28,882 nucleotides of DNA from contig JBDGQO010000036.1 in NCBI GenBank assembly GCA_042219045.1, forward strand, positions 8,118 through 36,999. Reading direction: 5' to 3'. The translations under genes were made by a program, and so were the position numbers. Source of the DNA: Candidatus Bipolaricaulia bacterium (lineage in GTDB: Bacteria > Bipolaricaulota > Bipolaricaulia > RBG-16-55-9). The number at the start of each line of letters is the position of its first letter. The stretch's first letter is position 1. Shown piece by piece: positions 7,542 to 15,916 of this stretch. A model generated the notes under the pieces. The model was not told the origin of the DNA. It made no database searches and saw only the letters and a program-made list of their open reading frames with translations.

Positions 7542-8789
7542 ATGAATCAGACGCCGAGACGACAGCGCCGCTTTCCGCTCAATGGGCGCGCGTTTATTCC
7601 CTTGATGATCGTCGGGCTGGGCATCCTATTGACGGGATGCCCCGCCCTGTTGAACCAGCCGCCGATCGCCACATCGACGGGCAGTCCCCTCCAAGGGGAA
7701 GCGCCATTGACCGTCAACTTTGACGCCAGTGGATCTTCCGATCCGGACGGGACGATCACCTCCTTTAAGTGGGACTTCGACGACGGCGACACGGGTACTG
7801 GGCAGACGCCGTCGCACACGTTCGAGAGCCAAGGGACGTTCCAAGTGACCCTGACCGTCACGGACAACCAAGGCAGCAAGGCGACCGACTCGCTCGTCGT
7901 CACCGTCGGCAAGGCGAGCATTTTCTTTAGCTCAAACCGAAAGACCAACGACGACATCTTTCGCATGGACGTCGATGGGACCAATGAAGCCCAGGTGACC
8001 TCGAACTCCGCGTCGGACGTTTTCCCGAAGTTGCTCATGAATACGCGCGACCAATTGGCCTTCGCGTCAGACCGGCGAGATGGCTCTGGCGGCGATTATG
8101 ATCTGTTCACGTCCCAGACCGATGGCACGTTGCCGGTGAATCGAACGCCGGACCAGACGGACAGTGAGGAGGTCCAACCGGCTTGGGGGCCCGACGGCGA
8201 CCGGCTCGCCTTCGCGTCGGACTTGGACAACGTCGACAGCTTCTACGGGGTCTACACGCTGAACCTGAACACGGGACTGCTCAAGGACGTCAGTGTCCAA
8301 AGCGGTAGCCAAGCGCTGTCGCCGGCATGGTCGCCGGACGGCGATCACATTGCCCTCGCGTCGAACCGCGACGGCGACTACGAGATATTTACGTTCACGC
8401 CGAGTGGATCACAGGATCAGAAGCTGACCGACAACACCAACGACGACGGCTTTGACAGCAGCCTCGGTCCGCCCTCTGGCACTGATGTTCCTGACGCTCG
8501 CGGCATCTCCTGGTCGCCAGATGGCGACCAGATCGCGTTCGTCACCGACCGGAACAACAATCTCGATATCTTCATCGTCAACGCTGACGGCACCGGGTTG
8601 AAACAACTCACGACGCACACGGCCGACGACTTCGACCCGTTCTGGCTCCCGAACGGCGACGAAATCGCCTTCGTCTCGGATCGGGGAGGCAGCCTGCAGA
8701 TCTTTAAGGTCAACGCCAACACCGGAGCGTCGACGAGCGCGTTGACCTCGAACGGCGACAACGTCAATCCGGCCGGAGCCGACGACTGA
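7542..8789 (+). CDS. Lipoprotein with PKD domain and TolB-like (PD40/WD40-like) beta-propeller
   Basis: ATG 7542 follows GAGGAGG. Lipobox LLTG-C; PKD motif FDASGSSDPDG...WDFDDG; repeated P.WSPDG..IAF.SDR.G..DIF motifs. Confidence 0.88.
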   Translation: MNQTPRRQRRFPLNGRAFIPLMIVGLGILLTGCPALLNQPPIATSTGSPLQGEAPLTVNFDASGSSDPDGTITSFKWDFDDGDTGTGQTPSHTFESQGTFQVTLTVTDNQGSKATDSLVVTVGKASIFFSSNRKTNDDIFRMDVDGTNEAQVTSNSASDVFPKLLMNTRDQLAFASDRRDGSGGDYDLFTSQTDGTLPVNRTPDQTDSEEVQPAWGPDGDRLAFASDLDNVDSFYGVYTLNLNTGLLKDVSVQSGSQALSPAWSPDGDHIALASNRDGDYEIFTFTPSGSQDQKLTDNTNDDGFDSSLGPPSGTDVPDARGISWSPDGDQIAFVTDRNNNLDIFIVNADGTGLKQLTTHTADDFDPFWLPNGDEIAFVSDRGGSLQIFKVNANTGASTSALTSNGDNVNPAGADD

Positions 8790-10275
8790 AGCGGCTGGAC
8801 AGGCTCAGCCAGAGTGGGATGAGCCCCAAATAGAAGGCATTCAGCCCGATCAGCCAGTCGCCCCAACGGACGTAGCGTGTCTCTCGATCGTGAGAGCGGA
8901 CCGTGCCGCCGAGCACGGTCCGCTCGTTGATTCCGGATCGGGCCTGAATGCGACCTTGCGCGTCGACGATGCCCGAGATCCCTGAGTTGGCGGCCTGGAC
9001 CACATCTCGCCGGGTTTCCACGGCTCGGAAAACCGCCTTTGAAAAATGTTGGGGCAGCGCCGAGCTCGCCTTGAACCAGGCGTCGTTGGTGATGATGACG
9101 ATCAGATCGGCGCCGTTCTGGACGAACGCTCGGCCGATTCGGGGGAAAATCGACTCGAAGCAGATGGGCGTGGCAATCCGACCGATATCGGTCCGAAGCG
9201 AGCCATGCCGCTGGCCGGGGTCGATCAGTCCGAGCCGGTTGCCGACCGGAATGAGGTTGAACACGCCAAGCTGGCGCAACAGCGGCTTGCCCGGGAAGTA
9301 CTCCGTGCTGAAAGGAACGAGGTGGTTCTTATGGTAGGTGTCGGCAACCGTGCCATTGGACGAGACGGCGACCGAGCTGTTGTGCGTCGCGCCCTCAGCG
9401 CGGGTGTAGGTGCCGAACAGCAGCGTCTGGTCGTGTTCTTGGGCCCAATCGGTCAACTCGGCGCGCACGTCCGCGTCGTCGAGCACGTAGGTCGGCAGGA
9501 TCGACTCCGGTAGGATCGTCAATTCGCTCTCGGACGCCTCAATCTGGCTCATCAGGTCCCGATAGATCGAGCGGAACTCCGCCAATCGGCTCGCGTCACT
9601 GCGGACGCTTTGGGGGATGCTCGGCTGCACGATCCGGACGTCCATCCCCTCCGAGGAAGGGCCCGACTGGGCCAGGGTAAGCCAGCCGCCGCCGAGCGTC
9701 AGCCCCACAACGACGAGCGCCACAACGGGCTCGGGCCAGTGTCGTCTCGCCCAGCCCTCGGCCAACAGCGCGTTGACGAGGACGAGCAAGAACGTGACGC
9801 CCCAGATGCCTGCGATCGAGCTGACTTGGATGGCGGCCGGCATCTGATAGAGCGCGTCGGCCGCTTGGCCCCACGGGAAGCCAAAGGGGCCCTGAGCTCG
9901 GATCCACTCCAACACCGTCCAGAGGCTCGCGGCGGCAAGGGCGAGCGCCCAGGGGCCGAGTCGACGCGACAGCCACGCGTAGCCCCATCCGAACAGTCCC
10001 CAATAGAGCGCCAGGTACCCGACAAGAACGAGATAGGCCGGGACGATGCCGATCGAGGCAAAGTCCCAGAGCGTGTAGAGCCAGTGCAGCAGGATGCCGA
10101 AGAAGGCCGTGCCGCCGATCAAGCCGATCCGGAAGCTGGTCTTCGGTGACTGACCGTGAAGGGCACAGAGCAACGGACCGAGCGCCACCGCCGCGAGCGG
10201 GGCGAGGTTCGGGCCCGGCATGGCAAACGCCAAGAGCGCGCCGGATAGCCCCGCCAGCAGTGCGCGACGTCTCAT
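8764..10275 (-). CDS. lnt: Apolipoprotein N-acyltransferase
   Basis: N-terminal TM bundle with EWIR...GFPW. Nitrilase-fold triad ILPES / YHKNHLVPF / PICFES; also ITNDAWF, QH, RAVE, ANSGIS. Confidence 0.95.
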   Translation of the reverse strand: MRRRALLAGLSGALLAFAMPGPNLAPLAAVALGPLLCALHGQSPKTSFRIGLIGGTAFFGILLHWLYTLWDFASIGIVPAYLVLVGYLALYWGLFGWGYAWLSRRLGPWALALAAASLWTVLEWIRAQGPFGFPWGQAADALYQMPAAIQVSSIAGIWGVTFLLVLVNALLAEGWARRHWPEPVVALVVVGLTLGGGWLTLAQSGPSSEGMDVRIVQPSIPQSVRSDASRLAEFRSIYRDLMSQIEASESELTILPESILPTYVLDDADVRAELTDWAQEHDQTLLFGTYTRAEGATHNSSVAVSSNGTVADTYHKNHLVPFSTEYFPGKPLLRQLGVFNLIPVGNRLGLIDPGQRHGSLRTDIGRIATPICFESIFPRIGRAFVQNGADLIVIITNDAWFKASSALPQHFSKAVFRAVETRRDVVQAANSGISGIVDAQGRIQARSGINERTVLGGTVRSHDRETRYVRWGDWLIGLNAFYLGLIPLWLSLSSRFSRRLRPD

Positions 10276-10279
10276 GTGA

Positions 10280-11023
10280 TTAGTCCATGTAGAGGCCGCC
10301 GTTGGCGTTGATCGTGGCGCCGTTGATCGAGCCGGCCTCGTCGCGACACAAAAACGCGATCAGCGCGCCGATCTCCTCGGGCTGAGCGACTTGTCCAACC
10401 GGGATCTTGGCGCGGATCTCGTCGCCCTTTGTTCGGATTGCGTCACGGGTGATGTCGGTCTCCGTGTAGCCGGGCGCGACGGTATTGGCGGTGACGCCGT
10501 GGGGACCGAGCTCGGTGGCAAGGGCCTTGGTGAATCCCCATAGACCGGCTTTGGCCGTGGCGTAATGGGCCCCGTTGCCGTAGCCGGCCATGGCGCGCAG
10601 CGACGAGACGTTGACGATCCGCCCCCATCCCGCGTCCGTCATGAATGGGGCCACTCGCTGGGCGACGACGAACGCGCCGTCGAGCGTGACGGCCATCATG
10701 CGGCGCCACTCCGCCAACGAGAGCTCATCCAGCGTCGCTCGGGCGACGTGGCCCGCGTTGTTGACGAGGACGTGGAGGCCGCCAAGCTGATCGGTCGTCT
10801 CACGGACGAGCCGATCGGCGTCGTCGGTGTTGCCGATGTCGGCTTGGATCGCCACGGCCCGTTGGCCGATGTCGTTGACCTGGTCGACGACGGCTCGGGC
10901 GGCGTCTCCGTTGTGGTGGTAGTTGACCGCAACGTCGCAGCCCTCTTCGGCCAACTTTCGCGCCGTGGCGGCGCCAATGCCGCGGCTGGCGCCGGTGACA
11001 AGTGCAATTCGAGGCCCAACCAT
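10280..11023 (-). CDS. Short-chain dehydrogenase/reductase (FabG-like)
   Basis: Motifs TGASRGIG, LVNNAG, IVNVSS, YATAK and VAPGYTETD. Start chosen at ATG 11023 (MVGPRIALVTG). Confidence 0.92.
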   Translation of the reverse strand: MVGPRIALVTGASRGIGAATARKLAEEGCDVAVNYHHNGDAARAVVDQVNDIGQRAVAIQADIGNTDDADRLVRETTDQLGGLHVLVNNAGHVARATLDELSLAEWRRMMAVTLDGAFVVAQRVAPFMTDAGWGRIVNVSSLRAMAGYGNGAHYATAKAGLWGFTKALATELGPHGVTANTVAPGYTETDITRDAIRTKGDEIRAKIPVGQVAQPEEIGALIAFLCRDEAGSINGATINANGGLYMD

Positions 11024-11032
11024 GACGTCCTG

Positions 11033-11061
11033 ATCGTAGTTGCGCCATGCGACGGGCGCAA
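11033..11061 (-). promoter_or_regulatory. Candidate sigma70 promoter for SDR-lnt (TTGCGC-N17-TACGAT)
   Basis: The hexamers are at canonical spacing, and the -10 ends 9 nt before ATG 11023. Confidence 0.4.
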
Positions 11062-11075
11062 ACCGCGGGGTTCGA

Positions 11076-11105
11076 TTGGTCCAGGATGTGTGCCGCATTT
11101 ACAAT
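11076..11105 (+). promoter_or_regulatory. Candidate sigma70 promoter for the M20 peptidase cluster (TTGGTC-N18-TACAAT)
   Basis: A near-consensus -10 (TACAAT) lies in an AT-rich patch upstream of SD GAGGAGG and ATG 11138. Confidence 0.4.
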
Positions 11106-11137
11106 ATCCCCCATCCCTGTGCACGAGGAGGAAACCC

Positions 11138-12508
11138 ATGACCGCGATCGCGGAGGTGGACTGGTCGCAAGTCGGCGACGAAGCGACGTGGCTGCTGTCG
11201 GAACTTTTGCAGATTGACACGACCAACCCGCCCGGCAACGAGCGAGCCGCCGCCGACCACCTTCGACGGTTCTTGGAGAACGAGGGCATCCAATCCGAGT
11301 TCCTGGAAAAGGAACCGGGGCGGACGAACCTTCTGGCCCGTTTGAAAGGCTCCCGGCCGGGCCCGACGCTGATGCTCTTGTCGCACACCGACGTCGTCCC
11401 CGCCACCAACCCCGACGACTGGGAACAGCCGCCGTTCAGCGGCTCAATCGATGACGACGGCTTCATCTGGGGCCGCGGCGCGCTCGACATGAAGTCGGTG
11501 ACGGCGATGGAGACGCTGGCGTTTGCGCTGTTTAAGCGCGCCGAGCTCGACTTTGCCGGCGAGTTGGTGTTGCTGTCCGTGGCCGACGAGGAGATGGGCG
11601 GCACCTACGGCGCGCGCTGGCTCACGACGGAACATTCCGACAAGGTGCAGGCCGACTACGTCCTGAACGAGATGGGCGGCCTGCCGCTACAGCTGGGCGA
11701 CCGGACGTTCTACACCATCGAAACCGTCGAAAAAGGGCTCTGGTGGGTTAAGGTCCGCGTGACGGGCACGGCCGGCCACGGCTCGATGCCGCACGACGAC
11801 AACCCGCTCGTCAAGAGTTCCCAATTCATTCAGCGGATTGCGGAGCATCGATTCCCGAGGATCGTCTCGCCCGCCATTCGATCGTTCGTCGAGACGACGG
11901 CGGAGGCGTTCGGCCCTCAAGGCCCAGAGATCGCCGGCGCGCTGCTGGACAGCGACGAGGAACCGGACTTGCCCAGGCTCTTTGGAGGCTCGCCGATCAG
12001 TCCGTGGATGGTCAACGCGTTCCTGCGCACGACGTGCTCGCCCACAAAGATCGAGGCGGGCTTGAAGGAGAACGTCATTCCCGATGCCTGCGAGTTCGTG
12101 CTCGACTTTCGCTATGTGCCGGGCTACTCCCAAGCCGAGATCGAGGGCGTCCTGCGCTCAATCGCCGATGACCTTGGTATCGAGATCGAGCTGGAAACGC
12201 TGCAGGCCAACGAGGCGAGCGAGTCGCCCGTGGATCACGATTTCTACCGCACCATTGAGGCGACGGTCCGTGAAGAGATTCCCGAGGCGGAACCCGTGCC
12301 GTACATGCTCACAGGGGCGACGGATTCGCGATTCATGCGGGACAACGGCTCCATCGCCTACGGGTTCGCCCCCTTGTCGACGCGCATGAGCATGGCCGAG
12401 CGGGCGGCGCTCATCCACAACGACAACGAGCGGATCGACCAGGAGAGCCTTGAATTGGGCGTTCGCTTGCTCTCGACGGTTGCGATGAAGACGCTGGATG
12501 CGCGCTGA
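11138..12508 (+). CDS. M20/M25/M40 family metallopeptidase/amidohydrolase (ArgE/DapE-like)
   Basis: ATG 11138 has SD GAGGAGG. Motifs LLSHTDVVP, IWGRGALDMK, ADEEMGG, GHGS, GATDSR and IHNDNERI. Confidence 0.93.
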   Translation: MTAIAEVDWSQVGDEATWLLSELLQIDTTNPPGNERAAADHLRRFLENEGIQSEFLEKEPGRTNLLARLKGSRPGPTLMLLSHTDVVPATNPDDWEQPPFSGSIDDDGFIWGRGALDMKSVTAMETLAFALFKRAELDFAGELVLLSVADEEMGGTYGARWLTTEHSDKVQADYVLNEMGGLPLQLGDRTFYTIETVEKGLWWVKVRVTGTAGHGSMPHDDNPLVKSSQFIQRIAEHRFPRIVSPAIRSFVETTAEAFGPQGPEIAGALLDSDEEPDLPRLFGGSPISPWMVNAFLRTTCSPTKIEAGLKENVIPDACEFVLDFRYVPGYSQAEIEGVLRSIADDLGIEIELETLQANEASESPVDHDFYRTIEATVREEIPEAEPVPYMLTGATDSRFMRDNGSIAYGFAPLSTRMSMAERAALIHNDNERIDQESLELGVRLLSTVAMKTLDAR

Positions 12509-12519
12509 GTCGACAGACA

Positions 12520-13236
12520 ATGGGCTCAAAGTCAGCGGCCGTTTACGACGCCCTCTACGCTCACTCGGGCAAGGACTACGCGGGCGAAGCGGATCGACTT
12601 CGCGAGTTGATTCGACGCTATGGGCCGTCCGATGGGATCGCTTGGCTCGACGTTGCCTGCGGCACCGGCGTCCACATCGCGCATTTGCAGGACGAGTTTG
12701 TCCCTACTGGGCTGGATATCGACGAGCAGATGCTCGCGATGGCGCGCGAGCGCTGCCCCAGCGTCCCGTTCTATCAGGGCGACATGGTCGAGTTTTCCCT
12801 GGGGCGACGGTTTGATGTGGTAACGTGCCTGTTCAGTTCCATCGGCTACGCGCGAACCGCCGATCGCTTGCAGGATGCCGTGGCAACCATGGCGCGTCAT
12901 CTGCGGCCGGGAGGTCTGTTGATCGTTGAACCCTGGATCTTCCCTGAGGACTGGGAAGATCGTCATGTGGGGGCGCTCTTCGTCGACGAACCCGATCTCA
13001 AGATCGCTCGGATCAACCACAGCCAGCGGCGGGATCGAACCTCGATCCTCGACTTCCAGTATCTGATCGGCACGCCCGACGGCGTGGAACACGCCACGGA
13101 GCGCCACGAGCTCGGGCTGTTTGCGCACGAGGACTACGTCGCCGCTTTTGAACGGGCAGAACTCCACGTGGAGCACGATCCGGCGGGATTGATGGGACGC
13201 GGGTTGTATCTCGGCGTTGCGCCGCTGTCGCCCTGA
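12520..13236 (+). CDS. Class I SAM-dependent methyltransferase (resembles TylM1/DesVI-type N-methyltransferases)
   Basis: Motifs YDALY..KDYAGEA, LDVACGTG, GDM, FDVVTCLFSSIGY and LIVEPW. Confidence 0.88.
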   Translation: MGSKSAAVYDALYAHSGKDYAGEADRLRELIRRYGPSDGIAWLDVACGTGVHIAHLQDEFVPTGLDIDEQMLAMARERCPSVPFYQGDMVEFSLGRRFDVVTCLFSSIGYARTADRLQDAVATMARHLRPGGLLIVEPWIFPEDWEDRHVGALFVDEPDLKIARINHSQRRDRTSILDFQYLIGTPDGVEHATERHELGLFAHEDYVAAFERAELHVEHDPAGLMGRGLYLGVAPLSP

Positions 13237-13321
13237 CCCTTGCCTTGTTCGGTGTGCGGAGGATTGGCACAATTTACCCTCGATCATCGGTATCCATGGG
13301 CCGCGGAGCTGAGGAGGCAGC

Positions 13322-13657
13322 ATGGATCTCATCCTGGCCATCGCGGCAATTTTGATCGGCCTTTACGGCGCGTCCATCGCTCTGGCAGGACTGGCGCAAT
13401 TCCAGACACGGATCGTGCAACCATGGGCGATGTGGGCCTTGGCCTTCGCCGGCGTTCTCATCATCGCCGCGTCCGTCCTGTTGCTCTTTGCGGTCGATCT
13501 GGCCCCCTACGCCCTCATCTTCGGTCTGATGGGCATGCACCTGCTCGCGATCAAGAACGGCCTGGCTCGACACGGGCATCTGACGGCGATTCACCACCTC
13601 ACGCGACTGCTGATCTCGATCCTGCTCGTCGCGCTCGCGTTCTGGGGGCTCAGCTAA
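13322..13657 (+). CDS. Small integral membrane protein (about 4 TM), function unknown
   Basis: SD GAGGAGG upstream; four hydrophobic segments in 111 aa. Confidence 0.75.
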   Translation: MDLILAIAAILIGLYGASIALAGLAQFQTRIVQPWAMWALAFAGVLIIAASVLLLFAVDLAPYALIFGLMGMHLLAIKNGLARHGHLTAIHHLTRLLISILLVALAFWGLS

Positions 13658-13667
13658 GGGGGCTCGC

Positions 13668-14465
13668 ATGATCGTTGGCGTGGACCACGCCCTCATCGCC
13701 GTGGAGGATCTCGATGCCGGGATGCGGACGTATGAGCAGCTTGGGTTCCAGGTGATGCGCGGCGGCTCGCACCCGCAGCACGGCACCCACAATGCGCTCG
13801 TGCCCTTGGCCGACGGGTTCTATCTCGAGCTGATGGGCGTCTGGGACGGGGCGTTGGCCCGCCAACACCCCCATACGAATCGGGTGCTCGAGGCGCTCAA
13901 CGGCGACGATCGCCTCGCGCTGTTCGCGCTCGACTCGGATGACCTCGACGCGGATGTCGCGCAGGTGCGCCAACGTGGCCTCGGCATCAGCGACCCGGTC
14001 CCAGGCGAGCGCGAGCGGCCCGACGGCGAGCGCGTCGCCTGGCGGACCGCGCATCCGAATGATCCGCGACTCCCCTTTCTCATCGCGGACGTGACGCCGC
14101 GGTCGGTGCGCGTGCCGATCCCCGACGCCGGCATCGGCCCCGAGCTGGAGGTCGACGCCATGGTCGCGGCAGCGCAGCCTCAGGACGTCGACCCCTATGC
14201 CCAGCTGTTGGGTGCCCATCCCCAAAACGGGCCCGTGGCGCTGAGCCGAGGCACGGTGGACGTCGCTGGGACCCGTGCGGGCGAGGGCCCCAACCGTCTC
14301 ATCTTCGCGACGAATGATCTGGACCAGCTCCGGGCCGACATGGCTTCCCGAGCCATTCCGTTCGCGGAGGCGGGTATGTCAGACGGCAGGCGGGCCGTCG
14401 TTCCGCGGACGACGCTCGGTGTGTCCCTGTGGATGGCCGAACGCCACGCCCAGGCCGGGTATTGA
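13668..14465 (+). CDS. VOC/glyoxalase-like family protein (Glyoxalase_3 type)
   Basis: Motifs VDHALIAVEDL...LGF...GGSHPQHGTHNALV...YLEL, GERERPDG..VAWR and LPFLI.DVTPR. Confidence 0.88.
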   Translation: MIVGVDHALIAVEDLDAGMRTYEQLGFQVMRGGSHPQHGTHNALVPLADGFYLELMGVWDGALARQHPHTNRVLEALNGDDRLALFALDSDDLDADVAQVRQRGLGISDPVPGERERPDGERVAWRTAHPNDPRLPFLIADVTPRSVRVPIPDAGIGPELEVDAMVAAAQPQDVDPYAQLLGAHPQNGPVALSRGTVDVAGTRAGEGPNRLIFATNDLDQLRADMASRAIPFAEAGMSDGRRAVVPRTTLGVSLWMAERHAQAGY

Positions 14466-14474
14466 TCGCGTCGG

Positions 14475-14729
14475 TCAGTGCTTGAACCACAGGAAGAGCC
14501 GACCGTGGTTGTGCTCGTCCTTGTCGAGGCGATGGTATTTCTGCTTGATCTGGGGCTGATCGAGGAACTTCAGGACGCGCTTTTTGAGCTGGCCGCTCCC
14601 TTTGCCGTGGATGATCTCCACCATCTTGATGCGCTTCTCGATCGCCTCGTCGATGACCCGATGCAGCTCGGCGTCGATCTGGTCGCCCTTGTTGTAGATA
14701 TCGTGCAGGTCGAGTTTCAGTTTGCCCAT
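14475..14729 (-). CDS. Stand-alone Smr (small MutS-related) domain protein
   Basis: LKLDLHD...VEIIHGKGSGQLKKRVLKFL; 84 aa; SD AGAGG. Confidence 0.9.
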   Translation of the reverse strand: MGKLKLDLHDIYNKGDQIDAELHRVIDEAIEKRIKMVEIIHGKGSGQLKKRVLKFLDQPQIKQKYHRLDKDEHNHGRLFLWFKH

Positions 14730-14890
14730 GGTCCTCTGTCGACGCCCCTTCGAGAATCCGCACTGGGTGAGCTTAGGGGCACGGCCCTCCGTCTATCAAG
14801 GAGCCGGAATGGCGGTGATTGCCGTGGCGACGCGGCCAACGCTTGCGAACGGGATGGCCCCCAGCTACCCTTCGCGCCGAGGGGAGGCGT

Positions 14891-15895
14891 ATGGTGACGT
14901 CATTGGTGACGGGCGCGACGGGCATGGTCGGGAGCCATCTGGCCGAGCGCCTGGCCCAGCGCGGCGACCGCGTAGTGGCGCTCGTCCGCGCGGACAGTCC
15001 CACCGCCCATCTGGAGCGTCTCGGCATCCGACGGATAAGGGGCGATCTCGGCAGCCCCTGGACGCTCCGCGAGGCGCTACGCGGCGTTGACGCCGTCTAT
15101 CATTGCGCGGCCCGGCCGCCAATCGGGGGAACCCCACGCCAGTTCTGGCAGGCCAACGTCGAGGGCACGGCCAACCTGCTCCAGTCCGCGCTTGTCGCCA
15201 ACGTGGCCCGCGTGGTGCACGTCAGCACCGTCGACGTCTACGGCTACGACGACCACGATGGGGCCGACGAGCGGACGCCCTATCGCGCAGACGGCCTCTA
15301 TTCCTGGTCCAAGATCGAGGCGGAAAAGCTCGCGGTTGAGGCCTACGAGCGCGACGGGTTGCCCGTGACGGTCGTGCGCCCGTGTTTGATCTACGGCTCG
15401 GGCGATCGTCACGTCTTGCCCCAAGTGCGAACGTTGCTGGAACGGGCCCGCGTGCCGCTGTTGGGGGGCGGCGGGACGCTCATGGACGTCGTCCACGTGG
15501 ACGACGCCGTAACGGGGATCGTCGAGGCCGGGACGCGGCCGAGCGCGATCGGCGACGCCTTCAACCTTACCGATGGCGAGCAGCGCACCTTGCGCCAGGT
15601 GGTGGAGGCGTTGGCGCAGGCGATCGAGCGCAAGCCCCGCTGCGTGGCCTTGCCATATGGGCCCGTCTACGGCTCGGCTTGGCTCGTCAGTCGGCTCTGC
15701 GAGGCGGGCAACCTGCCGGTGCCGACGTCCCTGCAACGGGAAATCGTCAAGGCCATGGGCCACCATCGCCACTTCAGCATCGCCAAGGCCCGCCGAACAC
15801 TGGACTACACGCCGCAAGTGGCGATCGTCGACGGCTTCCGGCGGTCGTTCCCGGAGCTGGGCGATGATCCCCGAGTGGCCCTCTCCGTCCGATAA
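14891..15895 (+). CDS. NAD-dependent epimerase/dehydratase (extended SDR, 3-beta-HSD-like)
   Basis: ATG 14891 follows GGGGAGG. Motifs VTGATGMVG, VYHCAA, VHVST, YSWSK and RP..IYG.GD. Confidence 0.9.
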   Translation: MVTSLVTGATGMVGSHLAERLAQRGDRVVALVRADSPTAHLERLGIRRIRGDLGSPWTLREALRGVDAVYHCAARPPIGGTPRQFWQANVEGTANLLQSALVANVARVVHVSTVDVYGYDDHDGADERTPYRADGLYSWSKIEAEKLAVEAYERDGLPVTVVRPCLIYGSGDRHVLPQVRTLLERARVPLLGGGGTLMDVVHVDDAVTGIVEAGTRPSAIGDAFNLTDGEQRTLRQVVEALAQAIERKPRCVALPYGPVYGSAWLVSRLCEAGNLPVPTSLQREIVKAMGHHRHFSIAKARRTLDYTPQVAIVDGFRRSFPELGDDPRVALSVR

Positions 15896-15916
15896 CCGAC
15901 GCGCCCTCCTGTGGCC

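Noticed and set aside
10565..11137. N-terminal 191-aa extension of the M20 ORF (647-aa call)
   Set aside because: It overlaps the SDR on the opposite strand. The strong SD and the start of homology both point to ATG 11138.
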